DNA of 64,000 nt from Pseudomonadota bacterium (GTDB lineage Bacteria > Pseudomonadota > Alphaproteobacteria > CACIAM-22H2), in assembly GCA_052387815.1 (NCBI GenBank), contig JBQTIU010000024.1, positions 3,028-67,027 of the forward strand, written 5' to 3'. The translations under genes were made by a program, and so were the position numbers. The notes under the pieces were generated by a model. The model was not told where the DNA came from, searched no databases, and saw only the letters and a list, made by a program, of their open reading frames with translations. Positions 48,631-58,646 of the stretch are shown here, in pieces (position 1 is the stretch's first letter; each line of letters opens with the position of its first letter).

Positions 48631-49548
48631 TCATCGGGACGGCGCCAGCTCGAGATAATCGACGACCGTCTTGACGCCCATTCCAAGATCGATGCGCGCA
48701 CTCCAGCCGAGACGCGCGCGGGCCTTGTCGTCCGAGACCGGCCGGATGCTGGGGTTGTCGGGGTCGCGCTCGATCACGCGCGGGCGCCGGCCGAGCAGCC
48801 CAGCAGCGGTATCGATCACCTCGCCGAGCGAGACCAGTCGGGGTCCCTGGATGTTGAAGACCTCGAATCCGGGCACCCCGAGCACTGCCAGCACCGCGCC
48901 GGCGACGTCCTCGACATGGATGAACCTTCGCGCGGTGGCGCGCGATCCGATCGTCACGGCGTCCTTGGTCGCGACCTCATGGACCAGGGTGTCGACCGCC
49001 GACCAGTTGTCCCGGTGGGGTCCGTAGAGGATGCCGAAGCGCAACACGGTCGCCGGGCAGAAGCCCTGGGCGTGGCGCTGGCGCAAATTCGCTTCGCTGA
49101 CCAGCTTGGAAAGCGCGTATTCGGAGGAAAGGCGCGCCGGGTCGATGGCGTCGGTCTCCTTGCGGGGCGCGTCCATGGGGAAGGAATCGTAGACCCATTC
49201 GCTCGACGCGAAGACGAACTGGCGAGCCCCGCGCGCCGCCGCCGCGTCCATGAGGGCGAGATTGCCGATGACGTTGACCTCGAAGCAGGCCCTCGCGCGG
49301 CCGCGGCATTCCGAATCGCGCGCCAGCGCCGCAAGATTGACCACGGCATCGACGCCTTCCGGTATGAGGTCGGCGATCCGCTGGTCCCTGATGTCGGCAA
49401 CATGGCAGTCGGGGCGGCCGGTGGGCTTGAGATCGACGCCGCTCACCGCGATTCCGGCAGCATCGCACTGGGCGAGCAGGCGCCGGCCGACGAAGCTTGC
49501 GGCGCCGGCCACGAAGATGCGCTTGGGCTCGGCGGCGGTCCCGGTCAT
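48631..49548 (-). CDS. NAD-dependent epimerase/dehydratase (SDR)
   Basis: IFVAGAASFVGRRL Rossmann motif and a YALSK catalytic motif. Confidence 0.7.
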   Translation of the reverse strand: MTGTAAEPKRIFVAGAASFVGRRLLAQCDAAGIAVSGVDLKPTGRPDCHVADIRDQRIADLIPEGVDAVVNLAALARDSECRGRARACFEVNVIGNLALMDAAAARGARQFVFASSEWVYDSFPMDAPRKETDAIDPARLSSEYALSKLVSEANLRQRHAQGFCPATVLRFGILYGPHRDNWSAVDTLVHEVATKDAVTIGSRATARRFIHVEDVAGAVLAVLGVPGFEVFNIQGPRLVSLGEVIDTAAGLLGRRPRVIERDPDNPSIRPVSDDKARARLGWSARIDLGMGVKTVVDYLELAPSR

Positions 49549-50468
49549 CGTCCCACCATCGCGCCGATTTCGCGCACGATCAGCTCCATCGATCCCTTCC
49601 TTGGCGCATAGCCGATCTTCGCCGCCGCGTCATGGCGGCTGATGGTCGCCGGCTTGACGAGATCGCGATCGGCGAAATCCGCCGCGCCCTCGATCCGGAA
49701 TTCGAGCCCGTAGCGCTGGGCCAGCACTTCGATGACCTCGACCTTGGTGACCGGCGCGGCGCTGCAAATATCATAGGCGTTGTTCGGCGCTCCGGCCGCG
49801 ACCAAAAGCCGGATCAGGTGCGCGAGATCGTCGGCGCCGACAAAGTCGCGCACGAAATTGTGGGCCGAGGTCAGGAACCGTTGCCCGTTGACGAGGCAGT
49901 TGGCAAGTTCGGCGAGGAAGAACCCGCCGTCGAGATCGATCTGCCGGCTGAAATAGCCGAACACCCGGATGTCGGCAATCCTAAACTGCGACAGGGCGCG
50001 ATGCCTCGCCTCGGCCACGAGCTTGGCGAGCGCGTAGACATGCCGCGGCCCCAGCCGATTGACCGGCAGGCGGGCTTCCGAGTCGGGTCCCGCCGCCTCG
50101 CCCTCGGCGAGGGAATAGATGGCCCCGGTGCTGAGGAAGACATAGATCGTCGCCGGGCGTCGCGCCACATAGTCGAGGACCAGATCGTCGACCTTAGCGG
50201 TCCAGCCCAAGAGCTCGGCGCCGGCCCTGTCGATCGCGCGCGGGTCGCCCGGGCCGGCGGCATTGATCACGACCTCGCACTCGGCGCCCGCGAAGGCCGC
50301 GTAGGGGCCGACCTCGATCCCGCGCCGGTCGGCCAGGTTGGCGTCGAGGTAGGCCTCGATCGAGCGCGGGTTGCGGGCGAACAGGGACAGGCGCGCCTGG
50401 TCGCGGAACTCGCCGACCAGTCCCTTGGCGATGTGGCCCGAGGCGCCGAGGATGGCGATGGTTCGCAT
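49545..50468 (-). CDS. NAD(P)-dependent sugar reductase/epimerase (SDR-like)
   Basis: IAILGASGHIAKGL Rossmann motif and a YALAK motif. The start is ATG 50468. Confidence 0.6.
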   Translation of the reverse strand: MRTIAILGASGHIAKGLVGEFRDQARLSLFARNPRSIEAYLDANLADRRGIEVGPYAAFAGAECEVVINAAGPGDPRAIDRAGAELLGWTAKVDDLVLDYVARRPATIYVFLSTGAIYSLAEGEAAGPDSEARLPVNRLGPRHVYALAKLVAEARHRALSQFRIADIRVFGYFSRQIDLDGGFFLAELANCLVNGQRFLTSAHNFVRDFVGADDLAHLIRLLVAAGAPNNAYDICSAAPVTKVEVIEVLAQRYGLEFRIEGAADFADRDLVKPATISRHDAAAKIGYAPRKGSMELIVREIGAMVGR

Positions 50469-50652
50469 CGGCTCGTTCGTGGCCGAGGGAGGCCGCCCTG
50501 GGGCGCTCACCCGCACGCGGCGCTATGCCTACGCCTTCGCGGCCGGCGAAAGCCGACGCTTGATCGACTGTCCACTGCCCGGTCTTCCATCAAAAGTGGG
50601 CGGTTTCACGGGCAAAGTCGGCTGACCGCTCCTTGCACATACATCGCGTCCT

Positions 50653-51417
50653 TCAGCGAATGCGTCGCACAAAACCACCCCGCCAATAAGTCACCCACCG
50701 GTCGACCTGACCCTCGTTAAACGCAAACGGCGGCTCTACGATCGCGAAGTCAGGGTTTAGCGCCACGAATGCCTCCGCCGCCGCTTTCGGATGGTTCCAA
50801 CTCCAATCAGGTGCGGTTCGCGGGCCGCCCGCGACCAACTCTTTGATCCCGTCGGCAGCAATAATGTACGACCCAACGGAGACCAGGGAGGCATAAGCTT
50901 CGAGTTCGGCCAACACGTGATCCTTGGTGTGATTGCTGTCGAGGATGACCAGCACTTTTTCTCCGGGGGCAACCAATCGGCAGACTCGATCGACTGTGGC
51001 TGGAGCAATCGAACTACCCTCAACCAATGTGATGAACGGGAACAACTCATGCGCTTGGATCGCGACGAGATTGTGCGGCCGAATCTCGATGTCGATGCCG
51101 ATGACGCGACCACGTCCAATCAGCCGACAAAGGCTGGCATAGAACACCAGCGAGCCTCCGTGCGCGATTCCCGTCTCGACGATCACGTCGGGCTTGATCG
51201 AATAGACCACCTCCTGCATCCTGACCAGGTCCTCGGCAAGCTGAATGATCGGACGGCCGAGCCACGTGAAGCTATACACGTGCTTAACGTCCCAGCCACA
51301 ACGCAGCCACGCTTCTGACGCCAAAGCGAAGGCCTCCGGCGAGCTCATCGGATAGACGACTTCAGTACCGTCGCTTTCGACGATCACCACTGACCGCTCC
51401 GAGTCGATTTTGATCAC
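50653..51417 (-). CDS. CmcI/cephalosporin-hydroxylase-family class I methyltransferase (sugar O-methyltransferase-like)
   Basis: VIVETGIAHGGSLVFYA motif as in CmcI/rhamnosyl O-MT family. GC content is clearly lower than in neighbouring genes. Confidence 0.7.
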   Translation of the reverse strand: MIKIDSERSVVIVESDGTEVVYPMSSPEAFALASEAWLRCGWDVKHVYSFTWLGRPIIQLAEDLVRMQEVVYSIKPDVIVETGIAHGGSLVFYASLCRLIGRGRVIGIDIEIRPHNLVAIQAHELFPFITLVEGSSIAPATVDRVCRLVAPGEKVLVILDSNHTKDHVLAELEAYASLVSVGSYIIAADGIKELVAGGPRTAPDWSWNHPKAAAEAFVALNPDFAIVEPPFAFNEGQVDRWVTYWRGGFVRRIR

Positions 51418-51562
51418 GGTTCTTCAACCTCTCTCGAAATGCGGCCACCAGAGATTCAAAGTCATCCAGGCGGCGCTTCGGACGGCGCCCAAACTCATCA
51501 CGCAGCGGTCGGGCAGCGCGCTGCCCGCCAGCCAAAAATTAACCCGCTCGTGAATAATTCGG

Positions 51563-53470
51563 CTAGGCCTCGAATACCAAATCTTCGTACCGGCGCTCGT
51601 CCCGCGGCGGCTGGCCGGGCAGGAGGCGCGGGATTTCCTTGCCCTTAAAGTCGCGGGTCCGCAAGTCGTCGACCGCCAACCCGAACGCCTCGAGCCGTTC
51701 GCGCCAATAGTTCGAGCCGTCGAGCTTCGCCTGCAGCCGGTCGATGACGCCGGGCTCGATCGTGCCGTCGAGCTTGTGCTGCAGATAGCCGATGAAATAC
51801 AAGGCCAGGCCGTGCTCGGGCGAGATGACGTCGCGAAGCGTGTTCAGGTTCTTGAGCTGCTGCTCGATCTTCGCCGGCCGGTCCTCGGAGAACAGGCGGT
51901 GAAAATTGAGGTGATAATTCATGTAGAACCAGATGTCGGTGATTTGCTGCGGCGTCGGCACCGCATCCATGGGGATGGCGCAAAACGCCTCTTCGAACCC
52001 GACGGTCGCCAGGCGCAGGCCGAGGTCGATCTCGTCCTGTTTGCCGTAGCCCCCGGCCATGAATCGCACTTCCGAGCTGCCGACGTTCTGGATGAGCCCC
52101 TGCTCGACCATCGAGTCGTAGATGGGCGTGTTGGGAAGTGGCTGGAGCGGCGTGATCCCGCACCAGTCGAGGTCCATGTGGCGCGCGACGTTGATGGTGT
52201 CGTTGATCATCGCCAGGGTCTCGCCCGGGAACCCGATCATCAGGAACACGCGGGAGTGGATCTGCTCGTAGCGCCGCAGGACCTCGGCCGCGGCGAGGAA
52301 GGTGCGCACCGTGCCCGGCTTCTTGATCTGCCGCAGGACCACCGGGTTTCCGGATTCCATCCCGATGTTGAGCGCGATGCAGCCGCTTTCGGCCATGGCG
52401 TGCACGATCTCATCGGTGCACGAGGCGGCGATCAGCCCGTTGGTCGCATCCCAGGTCATGCCCAGCCGGCGTTTGACCATGCCGTTGAACAGGGCGATCG
52501 CGCGGGCGTGGTCCTTCAACAGATCGTCGTCGAGCCAGACGAAATGGCCGATGCCGTGCTCGTTTTTCAACAACTCGAGCTCGTCGAGCACCGAATCGAC
52601 CGAACGCTGCCGGACCGCCTTGCCGTTGAAATTCCGTACGCTGCAGAAAGTGCACTGGGCACGGCAGCCGCGGTTCGAGAGCACGGTGGCAAAACGCGTG
52701 CCGGGCGGCTTGAAGCCGTGGAAATTGCCGATGACGCCGACCTTAGAGAGATCGCGGACGTTGAACAGATCGTAGGCCGGGATGACGTCAATTTCCCCGG
52801 CCGTGGGCTGGCACTGGGCAAGGAACCGGAACCGTTCCCGCCCATCGTCGAGGATCACCTGCCCGAGACCGGTCGGTCCGAGTTCGCCGCCGACCGCCCG
52901 GCAGAACAGCTTGATGGCGACATCGCCCTCCCGCAGGAAGGCGATCCGTGCCGCCTTGATGTCGTCGAGCACGCGCTCGACGTCGTTGTTCACATGCACC
53001 CCGCCGATGGCCACCGGGATGCCCGAAAGCGCCGCATGTTCGCACACGCGCTTCAACGAGGCGTGCGTCATGGTGAACATGCACGTCACGCCGATCAAAT
53101 CCGGCTTGAAGCCCGCGATGGCGTCGTCCAGGGCCGCCTGCCAAGTGCGGTCGAAATCGAACTCCCGCTTCGAGGCGGCGGCGCGCGCCGCCTTCAGGAC
53201 CTCGTCGTTCAGGTTGACGATCTTGGGCTCGACGCCGATCGCGCGCAGGTGCTGCGCCAGCACGCCCAAGCCATAGGGCGGATAGTTGGGATAGCGCTTG
53301 CGCCGTGCCGTCGCAAAGCGGAACAGGCCGGACTCGCCGTCGGGCGGGTTGACCAACAGGACGCGCTCGATCTTGCCGCGCGGGAAATGGCGAGCGAAAA
53401 AGGCCTCCACCGCCGCCGCGTCGTGCGGCACCGACAAGGGATCGACGGCAACCGATGCGCACCCGCTCAT
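51563..53470 (-). CDS. B12-binding-domain radical SAM protein (class B radical SAM methyltransferase-like)
   Basis: N-terminal cobalamin-binding Rossmann region, then a CxxxCxxC cluster motif (RGCRAQCTFCSV). 635 aa from ATG 53470. Confidence 0.8.
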   Translation of the reverse strand: MSGCASVAVDPLSVPHDAAAVEAFFARHFPRGKIERVLLVNPPDGESGLFRFATARRKRYPNYPPYGLGVLAQHLRAIGVEPKIVNLNDEVLKAARAAASKREFDFDRTWQAALDDAIAGFKPDLIGVTCMFTMTHASLKRVCEHAALSGIPVAIGGVHVNNDVERVLDDIKAARIAFLREGDVAIKLFCRAVGGELGPTGLGQVILDDGRERFRFLAQCQPTAGEIDVIPAYDLFNVRDLSKVGVIGNFHGFKPPGTRFATVLSNRGCRAQCTFCSVRNFNGKAVRQRSVDSVLDELELLKNEHGIGHFVWLDDDLLKDHARAIALFNGMVKRRLGMTWDATNGLIAASCTDEIVHAMAESGCIALNIGMESGNPVVLRQIKKPGTVRTFLAAAEVLRRYEQIHSRVFLMIGFPGETLAMINDTINVARHMDLDWCGITPLQPLPNTPIYDSMVEQGLIQNVGSSEVRFMAGGYGKQDEIDLGLRLATVGFEEAFCAIPMDAVPTPQQITDIWFYMNYHLNFHRLFSEDRPAKIEQQLKNLNTLRDVISPEHGLALYFIGYLQHKLDGTIEPGVIDRLQAKLDGSNYWRERLEAFGLAVDDLRTRDFKGKEIPRLLPGQPPRDERRYEDLVFEA

Positions 53471-53706
53471 GATCCGGAACCCCGAGTCATTCGCTGTTGT
53501 CGTCCTTGGGCCGACCCGCCCGTTTGCCGCGCCTTCGGCCGTCACCCCGATCTCTTGGGAATAGTACGGCGAACCGCCCGGCGGAACAAGCGATTACCCG
53601 AATGGAGCGTCCACATATCCAAGAACATACCTAGAAATGGCTATATTCGAACACCGACTTGCCCGCTGTTGCCAATACCTTTCCGGGCCACCCGGCGAGG
53701 GCCCGC

Positions 53707-54930
53707 TCAAATCTCCCGCACGTCGGGGACCGGCACCAGGAAGCGCCCGCCTCGGCGCCGGTACTCCGCCTGCTGGGCGACGATCTCCTCGGCGAAGTTC
53801 CAGGCCAGGATCAAGAGGTAATCCGGCCGGTCGGCGAGCAATCGATCGGGCGCCACGACCTCGATATGGGTGCCGGGGGTCAACCGGCCCTGCTTCAACG
53901 GGTTGCGGTCGGCGATATAGTCGATGTCCGCCGGCCCCAGCTCGAGAAAGCTTAGCAGGGTGTTGCCCTTGGCCGGCGCCCCGTAGCCCGCGACCCGGCC
54001 GCCGGCCCGGCGGATGCGTTCGAGCCGCGCCCTCAGGTTCGATTTGTTGGCAAGGATGCGCTGGGCGAAGCCCCGGTAGGTCCCGATGTCGCGCAGGCCG
54101 CGGCGCTCTTCCATGGCGAGCAGCGCGGCCACCCCCGGATCAGGCCTCGCCCGTCCCTGGCGCCGTATCCATGCCCTGAGCTGGCCGTGATGGATCGCCA
54201 AGCGCTCGACGGCGACGATCTCGAAGCCGTGGAGCTGGAACAAACGCTGCATGGGCCCGAGCGACCAATACGACACGTGCTCGTGGTAAATGGTGTCGAA
54301 CGCCAACATGTCGAGGAGGTCCGTGAGGTAATGCGCCTCGAGCACCACCACGCCGTCGGGAGCGAGCGCGAGATCGATGCCGTCGAGGAACCCGTGCAGG
54401 TCGGGGATGTGGGGAAAGGTGTTGGTGAACGCGAACACCCGGACCGGGCCGTGGTCGTCGCGGATGCGGCGCGCCGTCTCGGGGTTGAAGAACGCGGTCA
54501 TGACCTCGATGCCGTTCAAGCGGGCGAACGGCGCGAGATTGGCGGCCGGATCCACCCCCAGCGTGCGCGCCGGGCACGCCCGGCGAAAGCCGTCGAGCAG
54601 CGTGCCGTCGTTGCAGCCGATATCGACGACCAAATCGCCGGGCCCAAGCGGGATTCGCTCGGCGGCCGCGCCGGCGAGAGAGCGCAGATGCTGGGTGAGC
54701 GTGTCGGATGCCGACGACACGTAGAGGTAGTCCTCGAACATGGCCGCGGGCGGGACACGCTCGGTCAACTGGACGTGGCCGCAATCATGGCAGTACCCGA
54801 TCCTGAGCGGGAATTTCGGCTCCGCGGCGGCGGCCAGCTCGGCGGCGGTCACGAACTTGTTCGCCAACGCCATCGGCCCCAAGTCGAGGAACGTCTCGAC
54901 GGTGGCGGAACGGCATACGATGCAGCTCAT
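53707..54930 (-). CDS. NDP-hexose C-methyltransferase (TylC3/EvaC-like, zinc-ribbon N-terminus)
   Basis: CxxC...CxxC N-terminus (MSCIVCRS...CHDCGH), SAM motif VVDIGCNDGTLL, and a C-terminal C-methyltransferase domain. Confidence 0.75.
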   Translation of the reverse strand: MSCIVCRSATVETFLDLGPMALANKFVTAAELAAAAEPKFPLRIGYCHDCGHVQLTERVPPAAMFEDYLYVSSASDTLTQHLRSLAGAAAERIPLGPGDLVVDIGCNDGTLLDGFRRACPARTLGVDPAANLAPFARLNGIEVMTAFFNPETARRIRDDHGPVRVFAFTNTFPHIPDLHGFLDGIDLALAPDGVVVLEAHYLTDLLDMLAFDTIYHEHVSYWSLGPMQRLFQLHGFEIVAVERLAIHHGQLRAWIRRQGRARPDPGVAALLAMEERRGLRDIGTYRGFAQRILANKSNLRARLERIRRAGGRVAGYGAPAKGNTLLSFLELGPADIDYIADRNPLKQGRLTPGTHIEVVAPDRLLADRPDYLLILAWNFAEEIVAQQAEYRRRGGRFLVPVPDVREI

Positions 54931-54947
54931 CGCCGGTGCTCGCCCCC

Positions 54948-55949
54948 CTACTCGACGACCGCGTTGATCACCCGCACGCCTTGCGGCTCATAGCCGACCG
55001 CGAGCTCGAGGAGCTCGCCGAGCGAGCGCCGGATCGGGGCGTGGCGCTCCGGGGCCGCGATGAACATCAGGAAGCCGCCCCCGCCCGCCCCGCAAATCTT
55101 GCCGCCATAGGCCCCGGCCGCCATCGCGCGGGCGTACCAGTCGTCGATGCGGTCGTTGGTGATGGTCGAGGCGAGGCCGCGCTTGATCTCCCAGCCCCGG
55201 CCGAGCGCGGCGCCGAAGGCGGCCGGATCGAAGTCGCCGTTCAAGAGGTTGCGCAGCTCGTGCGCCTGGTCGCGCAGGCTCGCCAGGCGGTCGAAGTTGC
55301 GAGGCACGCCCTGCTTCTGCTCGTCGAGAATCTCGCCGGCATCGCGCTCGATCCCGGTCCAGAATACCAGCACGTAGTCGAACAGGCGCTCCATCTGGGA
55401 GGCGGGCAGCGGCAGCGGCTCGATCGCCACCTGGTCGTTCGGGTAGAACAAGATCAGGTTGAGGCCGCCGAAGGCGGCGGCGAAATGGTCCTGCTTGCCG
55501 ATCGGGCGGCCGAGCAGGGTCATCTCGACGTGGGCGGCCTCCTTGGCGATCTCGGCGCTCGAGACGCGCTCGTTGCGCATGACGTGCAGCGCCTGCAAGA
55601 GGCCGACGGCGAAGCTGCTCGACGAGCCGAGGCCGGAGCTCGCCGGCACGTCGCCGATCGTCGCGATATAGAGCGGCGGGTCGACCGACACCAGCCGCAG
55701 GCATTCGCGCGCGATGCTGTTCTTGATGTCGTCGAGCCGGTCGACGTTCTCGGACTCCGAATAGTTGAGCCGGTAGCGGCGATTGAACAGCTCGCTCACC
55801 CGCTTCACGGTTACGAACACGCGCTTGTCGATCGCCGTGCTCAACACGGCGCCGGTCTCGCGGCGATAGAAGTCGGGCAGGTCGGTGCCGCCGCCGGCGA
55901 AGCTCAAGCGCAACGGGGCGCAGGTGGTGACGTAGTTGACGACCGGCAT
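54948..55949 (-). CDS. hddA: GHMP kinase, D-glycero-alpha-D-manno-heptose 7-phosphate kinase-like
   Basis: PLRLSFAGGGTD and GLGSSSSFAV GHMP motifs. It sits in the heptose gene block. Confidence 0.75.
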   Translation of the reverse strand: MPVVNYVTTCAPLRLSFAGGGTDLPDFYRRETGAVLSTAIDKRVFVTVKRVSELFNRRYRLNYSESENVDRLDDIKNSIARECLRLVSVDPPLYIATIGDVPASSGLGSSSSFAVGLLQALHVMRNERVSSAEIAKEAAHVEMTLLGRPIGKQDHFAAAFGGLNLILFYPNDQVAIEPLPLPASQMERLFDYVLVFWTGIERDAGEILDEQKQGVPRNFDRLASLRDQAHELRNLLNGDFDPAAFGAALGRGWEIKRGLASTITNDRIDDWYARAMAAGAYGGKICGAGGGGFLMFIAAPERHAPIRRSLGELLELAVGYEPQGVRVINAVVE

Positions 55950-55951
55950 GC

Positions 55952-56401
55952 TCAGCCGTGCCTTACCGACCAGTCATAGGGGATGTCGTTCTTGAACGGG
56001 TCGATATAGATGAGCTCCTCGCGATCGTAGGGCAGGGTCGCGCAGTTGGCGAGGATCGCCATCTTGTCGCCGTACGCCTTGTAACCGTTGGTGATGCCGG
56101 GCGGGATCTGGACCAGGCAGTAATTGTGCTCGCCGATGAACAGCTCGACGAGCGCGTTGCGGGTGGGCGAAGCCTCGCGTCCGTCGAACAGCACCAGCTT
56201 GATCATGCCGGCGATGCAGCAGTTGTTGAGCGTCATCCGCTTGTGGATGTGCCAGGCCTTCACCACCCCGGGATAGCCGCACGAGAAATAGATCTCCCCG
56301 AACTCGAGGAAGTGCGGGTCGGTGCGCTTGAGCATGTGCATGACCATGCCCCGCTCGTCGGGGATCCTGGGCAAGGGAATGACCTTCACGCCGTCGATCA
56401 T
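55952..56401 (-). CDS. RmlC-like cupin epimerase (GDP-4-keto-6-deoxyheptose 3,5-epimerase-like)
   Basis: 149-aa cupin (DERGMV...GEHNYCLVQIPPGITNGY). ATGA overlap with the dehydratase gene. Confidence 0.65.
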   Translation of the reverse strand: MIDGVKVIPLPRIPDERGMVMHMLKRTDPHFLEFGEIYFSCGYPGVVKAWHIHKRMTLNNCCIAGMIKLVLFDGREASPTRNALVELFIGEHNYCLVQIPPGITNGYKAYGDKMAILANCATLPYDREELIYIDPFKNDIPYDWSVRHG

Positions 56402-57411
56402 GCTTGCTCTCGTTGGCGGGGAATGGCGCCGGCGCGCATTTGCTGGCGCCAGTAGTCGAGCGTGTCGGAGAGAATCTGCTCGAACGGGATGTTCGGCACC
56501 CAGCCGGTCGCCTGCCGGAACTTGGCGGTGTCGGCGATCAGCCGCGGCACGTTGGTCGGCCGTACGTAGCGCGGGTCGGTCTCGTAGGCGATGCCCTTGA
56601 CGCTCGACATGGCGATCAGCCGCTCGAGGGCCTGGCGAAAGGTATGGATGCTGGCCTCGTCCTCCGAGCCGATCAGATAGAGCTCGCCCGGCGCGCATTT
56701 CTCGACCGCCAGCCAATAGGCTTCGACGATGTCGCGGACGTGCGTGAAATTGCGCCGGTCGTCGAGATGGCCGACCTTGAGCATCTTGTCCTGCCGGCCG
56801 GCCTCGACGCGGGCGATCTGGTAGGCGTACCAGGGAATGCCGAACGCCTTGTCGCGGCGCGGCCCCTCGTGGTTGAAGGCGCGCGTGCGGATGACGTTGA
56901 GGCCGTAGGAGCGGAAGTAGACGTAGCCGATCAGGTCCTGCGCGATCTTGGTCACGGCGTAGGGGTTGACGGGGCGCAGCACGGTGGACTCGAGGATCGG
57001 GATCTCGTGCTCCAGGATGTCGCCGTATTCCTCGCCCGAGCCGGGGATCAGCAGGCGCGCCTTCGAGCCCGCCTGGCGCAACGCCTCGAGGAGGTTGACC
57101 GTGCCGTTGTAGTTGACCGCCATGTAGCGGTGCGGGTTGTTCCACGACGGGCTGACGAAGCTCTCGGCGGCGAAATGCAGCACCATTTCGGGTGCCGCCT
57201 CGTCGAGCGCGGCGCGGGTGGCCACCGGGTCGGTCAAGTCGCAATCGACCCAGCGGATCCGATCCTCGATGTGGCGCACGTTGTCCAGGCGCGACAGATG
57301 CCAGCGCTTGGTGCCCCAAAGTTCCGCCGCGCCGCCGGCGGACAACAGATAGTCGGCGGCGTGCGAGCCGACGAAGCCGGTGATGCCGGTGATCAGGACG
57401 CGTCGAGCCAC
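56398..57411 (-). CDS. GDP-mannose / GDP-heptose 4,6-dehydratase family
   Basis: RVLITGITGFVGSHAADYLL and YAVTK motifs, resembling GMD/DmhA. No in-frame ATG; the predicted GTG start at 57411 has GGAG 7 nt upstream. Confidence 0.75.
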   Translation of the reverse strand: MARRVLITGITGFVGSHAADYLLSAGGAAELWGTKRWHLSRLDNVRHIEDRIRWVDCDLTDPVATRAALDEAAPEMVLHFAAESFVSPSWNNPHRYMAVNYNGTVNLLEALRQAGSKARLLIPGSGEEYGDILEHEIPILESTVLRPVNPYAVTKIAQDLIGYVYFRSYGLNVIRTRAFNHEGPRRDKAFGIPWYAYQIARVEAGRQDKMLKVGHLDDRRNFTHVRDIVEAYWLAVEKCAPGELYLIGSEDEASIHTFRQALERLIAMSSVKGIAYETDPRYVRPTNVPRLIADTAKFRQATGWVPNIPFEQILSDTLDYWRQQMRAGAIPRQREQA

Positions 57412-58646
57412 GGGCGCTCCTGCGGGTGCGCGGGGTCGGCGATCAGGCGAGCGACGATGTCGAGGAGACCCGTTCCCTCCTCGACCATGGCGAAGGGAGC
57501 GCCGGCGCGCCGGGCGGCCTCGCCGTCGCGTGGGTCGTCGCCCACGAACAGGGTGCGCGAGAGGTCGAGCGCGAAGTCGCGTTGCGCCTGGAACAGCATG
57601 CCGGGCGCGGGCTTGCGGCACCAGCAGCCCTCGTCCCAGTCGTGCGGGCAGTGGTAGACGGCATCGATGCGGCCGCCGGCCGCCGCGGCTTCCCTTAGCA
57701 TCCGCTCGTGGATCGCCTCGAGGTCGGCAAGGGTCATGAAAGAGCGCGCGATCCCGGACTGGTTGGTCACCACGATCACGCGATAACCGGACTCGGCGAG
57801 CAGCCGCAGCGCGTCGAGCGCGCCGGGCAGCCAGCGCCAATCCCGCCACGAGGTCACGTACCGGCCGCCGCGCGCCTTGCGATTGAGGACACCGTCGCGA
57901 TCGACCAGGATCGTCTTGGGGCGAGCGAGGAAGCGCCCGGTCTCGTCCAGCCGTTCGATCGTCCCGACGCTGTAATAGCGATGGTCGGTCTCGAAGGCGC
58001 GGAGCTGCCGGGCCGCGACCAGCCGCGGATAGACCGCTGCCTCGAAGGAGGGATTGAGATCCTCGGGCAGGAGATCGAGCACCGCGCGCTCGGCGATCAG
58101 GAAGCCGATATCGACTCCCGCGAGCCCGGTCGCGGCCCGCTGTTTGTCGTAGAGGTCGACGAACCCGTCGGCGCCGACGCTGAGGTTGCCGCGGGTGTAG
58201 CCGTCGCGGTTGCGGTAGACCGCGACCTGCGCCATCGCGCCGCCGGCGCGATAGGCGTCCCACATGTCGGCGAACGGCATCGGCCAGTAATTATCGCAAT
58301 ACGCCAGGAGGAACCGCGGCTCGATCATCGGGGCCGCGAGCTTGAGGCGCCGGCCGGTGTCGTCCTCGACGCCGCTGAGCGCGTACTCGATCTCGACCCC
58401 GAGGGGTCGTCCGTCCCCGAAATAGCCGCTGATCGCCTCGGGCAGATAGCCGAGGAGCAAGAGGAAGCGCTCGAAACCCTGGTCGCGCAGCATTTCGATC
58501 AGGTACTCGAGGAAGGGCCGGCCGTGGAATTCGATCATCGGCTTGGGGCGCGTCTCGGTGAGCGGGCGCAGGCGCATCCCCCGCCCGCCGGCGAGGATGA
58601 CCGCCTGGCGCGGCCGTTCGAACGCGACGCCGGTGCTGTTGCTCAC
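57393..58646 (-). CDS. bifunctional D-glycero-alpha-D-manno-heptose-1-phosphate guanylyltransferase (HddC-like) and D,D-heptose 1,7-bisphosphate phosphatase (GmhB-like)
   Basis: N-terminal AVILAGGRGMRLRPLTETRPKPM nucleotidyltransferase domain. C-terminal HAD domain (ILVDRDGVLN...CWCRKP..GDDPRD). Confidence 0.8.
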   Translation of the reverse strand: MSNSTGVAFERPRQAVILAGGRGMRLRPLTETRPKPMIEFHGRPFLEYLIEMLRDQGFERFLLLLGYLPEAISGYFGDGRPLGVEIEYALSGVEDDTGRRLKLAAPMIEPRFLLAYCDNYWPMPFADMWDAYRAGGAMAQVAVYRNRDGYTRGNLSVGADGFVDLYDKQRAATGLAGVDIGFLIAERAVLDLLPEDLNPSFEAAVYPRLVAARQLRAFETDHRYYSVGTIERLDETGRFLARPKTILVDRDGVLNRKARGGRYVTSWRDWRWLPGALDALRLLAESGYRVIVVTNQSGIARSFMTLADLEAIHERMLREAAAAGGRIDAVYHCPHDWDEGCWCRKPAPGMLFQAQRDFALDLSRTLFVGDDPRDGEAARRAGAPFAMVEEGTGLLDIVARLIADPAHPQERPWLDAS

